From a virus (lineage: Duplodnaviria > Heunggongvirae > Uroviricota > Caudoviricetes), in IMG/VR virus record IMGVR_UViG_2651869691_000008: DNA of 37,385 nt. One strand, 5' to 3'. The notes below the pieces were generated by a model that ran no database searches, was not told the DNA's origin, and was given only the letters and a program-made list of their open reading frames with translations. Shown here piece after piece: positions 35,351-37,385 of this stretch (positions within the stretch are counted from its first letter, which is position 1; the number at the start of each line of letters is the position of its first letter). Both the position numbers and the translations under genes were made by a program.

Positions 35351-36001
35351 ATGGCCGTCAACTCAAACGGTTCAAACAATCGCGTTGCTGGGCGTGATTT
35401 TCACGAAAAGAATATTCAGATAGAGCGATATGATGGTTCTCAGACCGTCAATATCGCAATCCCTTCGAATAATGATGATGACGATCGCCCTTTGCTTAAG
35501 GCTCAGCGTAAGGAGCTAAATAGCTTGGTTGCTGCTATTGCAGAAGCTAGCAATACTGAAGCGTTTATTATTTGGCAAAAAGTACATGCGGAGATTGGTG
35601 TAGCTGGTATTGATGATATGACAGTAAATCAATATAAAACAGCGGAGAGTTTTCTGCATGCAATGCTTGAGCGATGTAAAGATCATGATGCCTGTAAGGC
35701 TCTTGTAAGTTTATTACTACGTAACAGTGAAGACTGTGGACTTCGACAAAAACTTCTGCGGTATTGCCATATCAATTTCGGTACAGGACGTTTAAACGAT
35801 CTTACTCGTTCTCAGTTACAGTCTGCATTGTCGTGGTTAGAGCAACAATCGGCATCAAGCCACACAGAGAGTTCGACCTTACCAGAAGTCCGACTTCGTG
35901 CTTCAGAATTAATCCGACTTTATCCAAAAGAAATAATATTCTTTATCTGCGTAGGGGTTTTGGTAGGCGGTGTCATTTCTAGGGCGTTTTTTAATTTGTA
36001 A
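35351..36001 (+). CDS. C-terminally membrane-anchored protein of unknown function (lysogeny-operon cargo)
   Basis: 216 aa; strong GGGAGG RBS; C-terminal hydrophobic helix IIFFICVGVLVGGVISRAFF; N-terminus repeats the repressor C-terminal motif NR(I/V)AGRD(Y/F). Confidence 0.65.
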   Translation: MAVNSNGSNNRVAGRDFHEKNIQIERYDGSQTVNIAIPSNNDDDDRPLLKAQRKELNSLVAAIAEASNTEAFIIWQKVHAEIGVAGIDDMTVNQYKTAESFLHAMLERCKDHDACKALVSLLLRNSEDCGLRQKLLRYCHINFGTGRLNDLTRSQLQSALSWLEQQSASSHTESSTLPEVRLRASELIRLYPKEIIFFICVGVLVGGVISRAFFNL

Positions 36002-36030
36002 TCTTACTTGAGCTAAATTGAGGTAATGAT

Positions 36031-36378
36031 ATGAAAGTAAAAAAGGTTCAACTATTAGTTACTTTTTTATCTATGTTTTCTTTTTCCGCCCTCGCAATGC
36101 CTTTTAAAACTATTGAACGTGAGAGTTTCAATGGGGTATGGCCATTTAATACTGATGAGGTTCAATTACAGTGTCTTGATGGTAATCCTTATGTGATGAA
36201 TTTTGACGATAATAAGTTATATGCGCTTACAGGTTTGGCTCGAATAAAAGGTAAAACATTTGGTGCGTTACCGTTAGATAACAATAATCCATTTTGGCTA
36301 GATAATGATGCCGCCCCAGGGTTAAAAAAGAGTCTGGGGGATGTCACTAAGGCTGCATTTGATTTATGTGATAAGTAA
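36031..36378 (+). CDS. small secreted/periplasmic protein (Sec signal peptide, two Cys), AT-rich
   Basis: MKVKKVQLLVTFLSMFSFSALA then mature domain; GAGGT RBS; visibly AT-rich versus the prophage backbone. Confidence 0.65.
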   Translation: MKVKKVQLLVTFLSMFSFSALAMPFKTIERESFNGVWPFNTDEVQLQCLDGNPYVMNFDDNKLYALTGLARIKGKTFGALPLDNNNPFWLDNDAAPGLKKSLGDVTKAAFDLCDK

Positions 36379-36383
36379 CTAAA

Positions 36384-37385
36384 ATGTCGGTTCGTAAGAT
36401 TCCATCAGGTAAATGGCTTTGCGAATGTTATCCCTACGGGGCATCGGGAAAACGCATACGTAAACAGTTTGCGACAAAAAGTGAGGCGCTCTCTTATGAG
36501 CGCCGTTTAATGAATAGTAGAGTTGGAGACGAGTTTCAAGATGGTTCTGGTCCTCGTCTTTCTGAGTTGATTGCTCGTTGGTTTGAGATGTACGGTAAAA
36601 CCTTGTCCTCTGGTGCAGAGCGCAAAGTCAAACTTGAGGCGATTTGTTCCAGGCTGGGAGATCCATTTGCTTCTCAGTTTGACAAAAATATGTTTGCTAC
36701 TTATCGGGAAAGAAGGCTATCTGGAGAATGGAATCCCAAGGGGAAGAAAAAACTTAGTGAAGCAACCGTTAATCGCGAGCAGTCATATCTACATGCTGTT
36801 TTTGCCGAACTGAAGCGCCTTGGGGAGTGGTCTGGTGAAAACCCCCTGACTGGTATTCGCAAGTTTCGTGAGGAAGAAAAGGAACTGGCGTTTCTGTATG
36901 TAGATGAGATTGAGCGCCTTCTGATTGCGTGTGATGAGTCACGGAATAAAGATTTGGGGGTTGTTGTCCGTATTGGGCTTGCGACGGGTGCTCGGTGGAG
37001 TGAAGCAGAAGGATTAAAGCAATCTCAAGTACTGCCCGGTCGAATCACATTTGTTAAAACTAAAGGAAAGAAGAACCGCACTGTACCGATTTCACCTCAA
37101 TTGCAGGCTATGCTTCCTAAAAAACGAGGAGCGCTATTTTCACCATGTTATGAGGCTTTTGACGCTGCAATTAAGAGAGCGAAGATCGAGCTTCCTGATG
37201 GGCAATTAACTCATGTGCTACGTCACACGTTTGCCAGTCATTTTATGATGCGGGGCGGAAATATTCTTGTGTTGCAAAAAATACTGGGGCATAGCGATAT
37301 AAAAATGACTATGCGTTATGCGCATTTTGCTCCAGGTCATTTAGAGGCTGCTGTTGAATTGAACCCTTTTGACAATAGAGGGTAA
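36384..37385 (+). CDS. int: tyrosine integrase (P2 Int-like)
   Basis: 333 aa; C-terminal ...HVLRHTFASHFMMRGGNILVLQKILGHSDIKMTMRYAHF catalytic R-H-R-Y region; stop at the window edge. Confidence 0.9.
   Translation: MSVRKIPSGKWLCECYPYGASGKRIRKQFATKSEALSYERRLMNSRVGDEFQDGSGPRLSELIARWFEMYGKTLSSGAERKVKLEAICSRLGDPFASQFDKNMFATYRERRLSGEWNPKGKKKLSEATVNREQSYLHAVFAELKRLGEWSGENPLTGIRKFREEEKELAFLYVDEIERLLIACDESRNKDLGVVVRIGLATGARWSEAEGLKQSQVLPGRITFVKTKGKKNRTVPISPQLQAMLPKKRGALFSPCYEAFDAAIKRAKIELPDGQLTHVLRHTFASHFMMRGGNILVLQKILGHSDIKMTMRYAHFAPGHLEAAVELNPFDNRG

Overview
The window opens on an enterobacterial (E. coli-like) housekeeping locus: a complete pgsA, then the glyW-cysT-leuZ tRNA operon and its terminator. 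Next come two paralogous hok/sok-type loci (one intact, one degenerate) flanking a small AT-rich secreted-protein ORF. The rest (about 2.3 kb to the right edge) is a P2-family prophage: ogr and D, tail sheath/tube/E/E'/tape-measure/U, baseplate and tail fibre, lysis genes, capsid and terminase, portal, replication gene A, an early operon, C repressor and integrase. The int-proximal att lies beyond the window. Four things stand out. (1) A Hin/Gin-family invertase sits beside three promoterless tail-fibre tip cassettes, each starting at a hix-like site that is inverted relative to a matching site inside tail-fibre gene H. (2) The A-to-cos cargo position (the P2 old/tin hotspot) holds a ParM/ParR-like module with palindromic repeats plus a translationally coupled four-gene operon, one member of which closely resembles the ClpX N-terminal zinc-binding domain. 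(3) Two AT-rich genes (a membrane-anchored protein and a secreted protein) are inserted between the repressor and integrase. (4) The FI-FII-E-T-U block is inverted relative to D/ogr and the other late operons, breaking canonical P2 synteny. All calls rest on reading the translations and DNA by eye against remembered family sequences; no searches were run.
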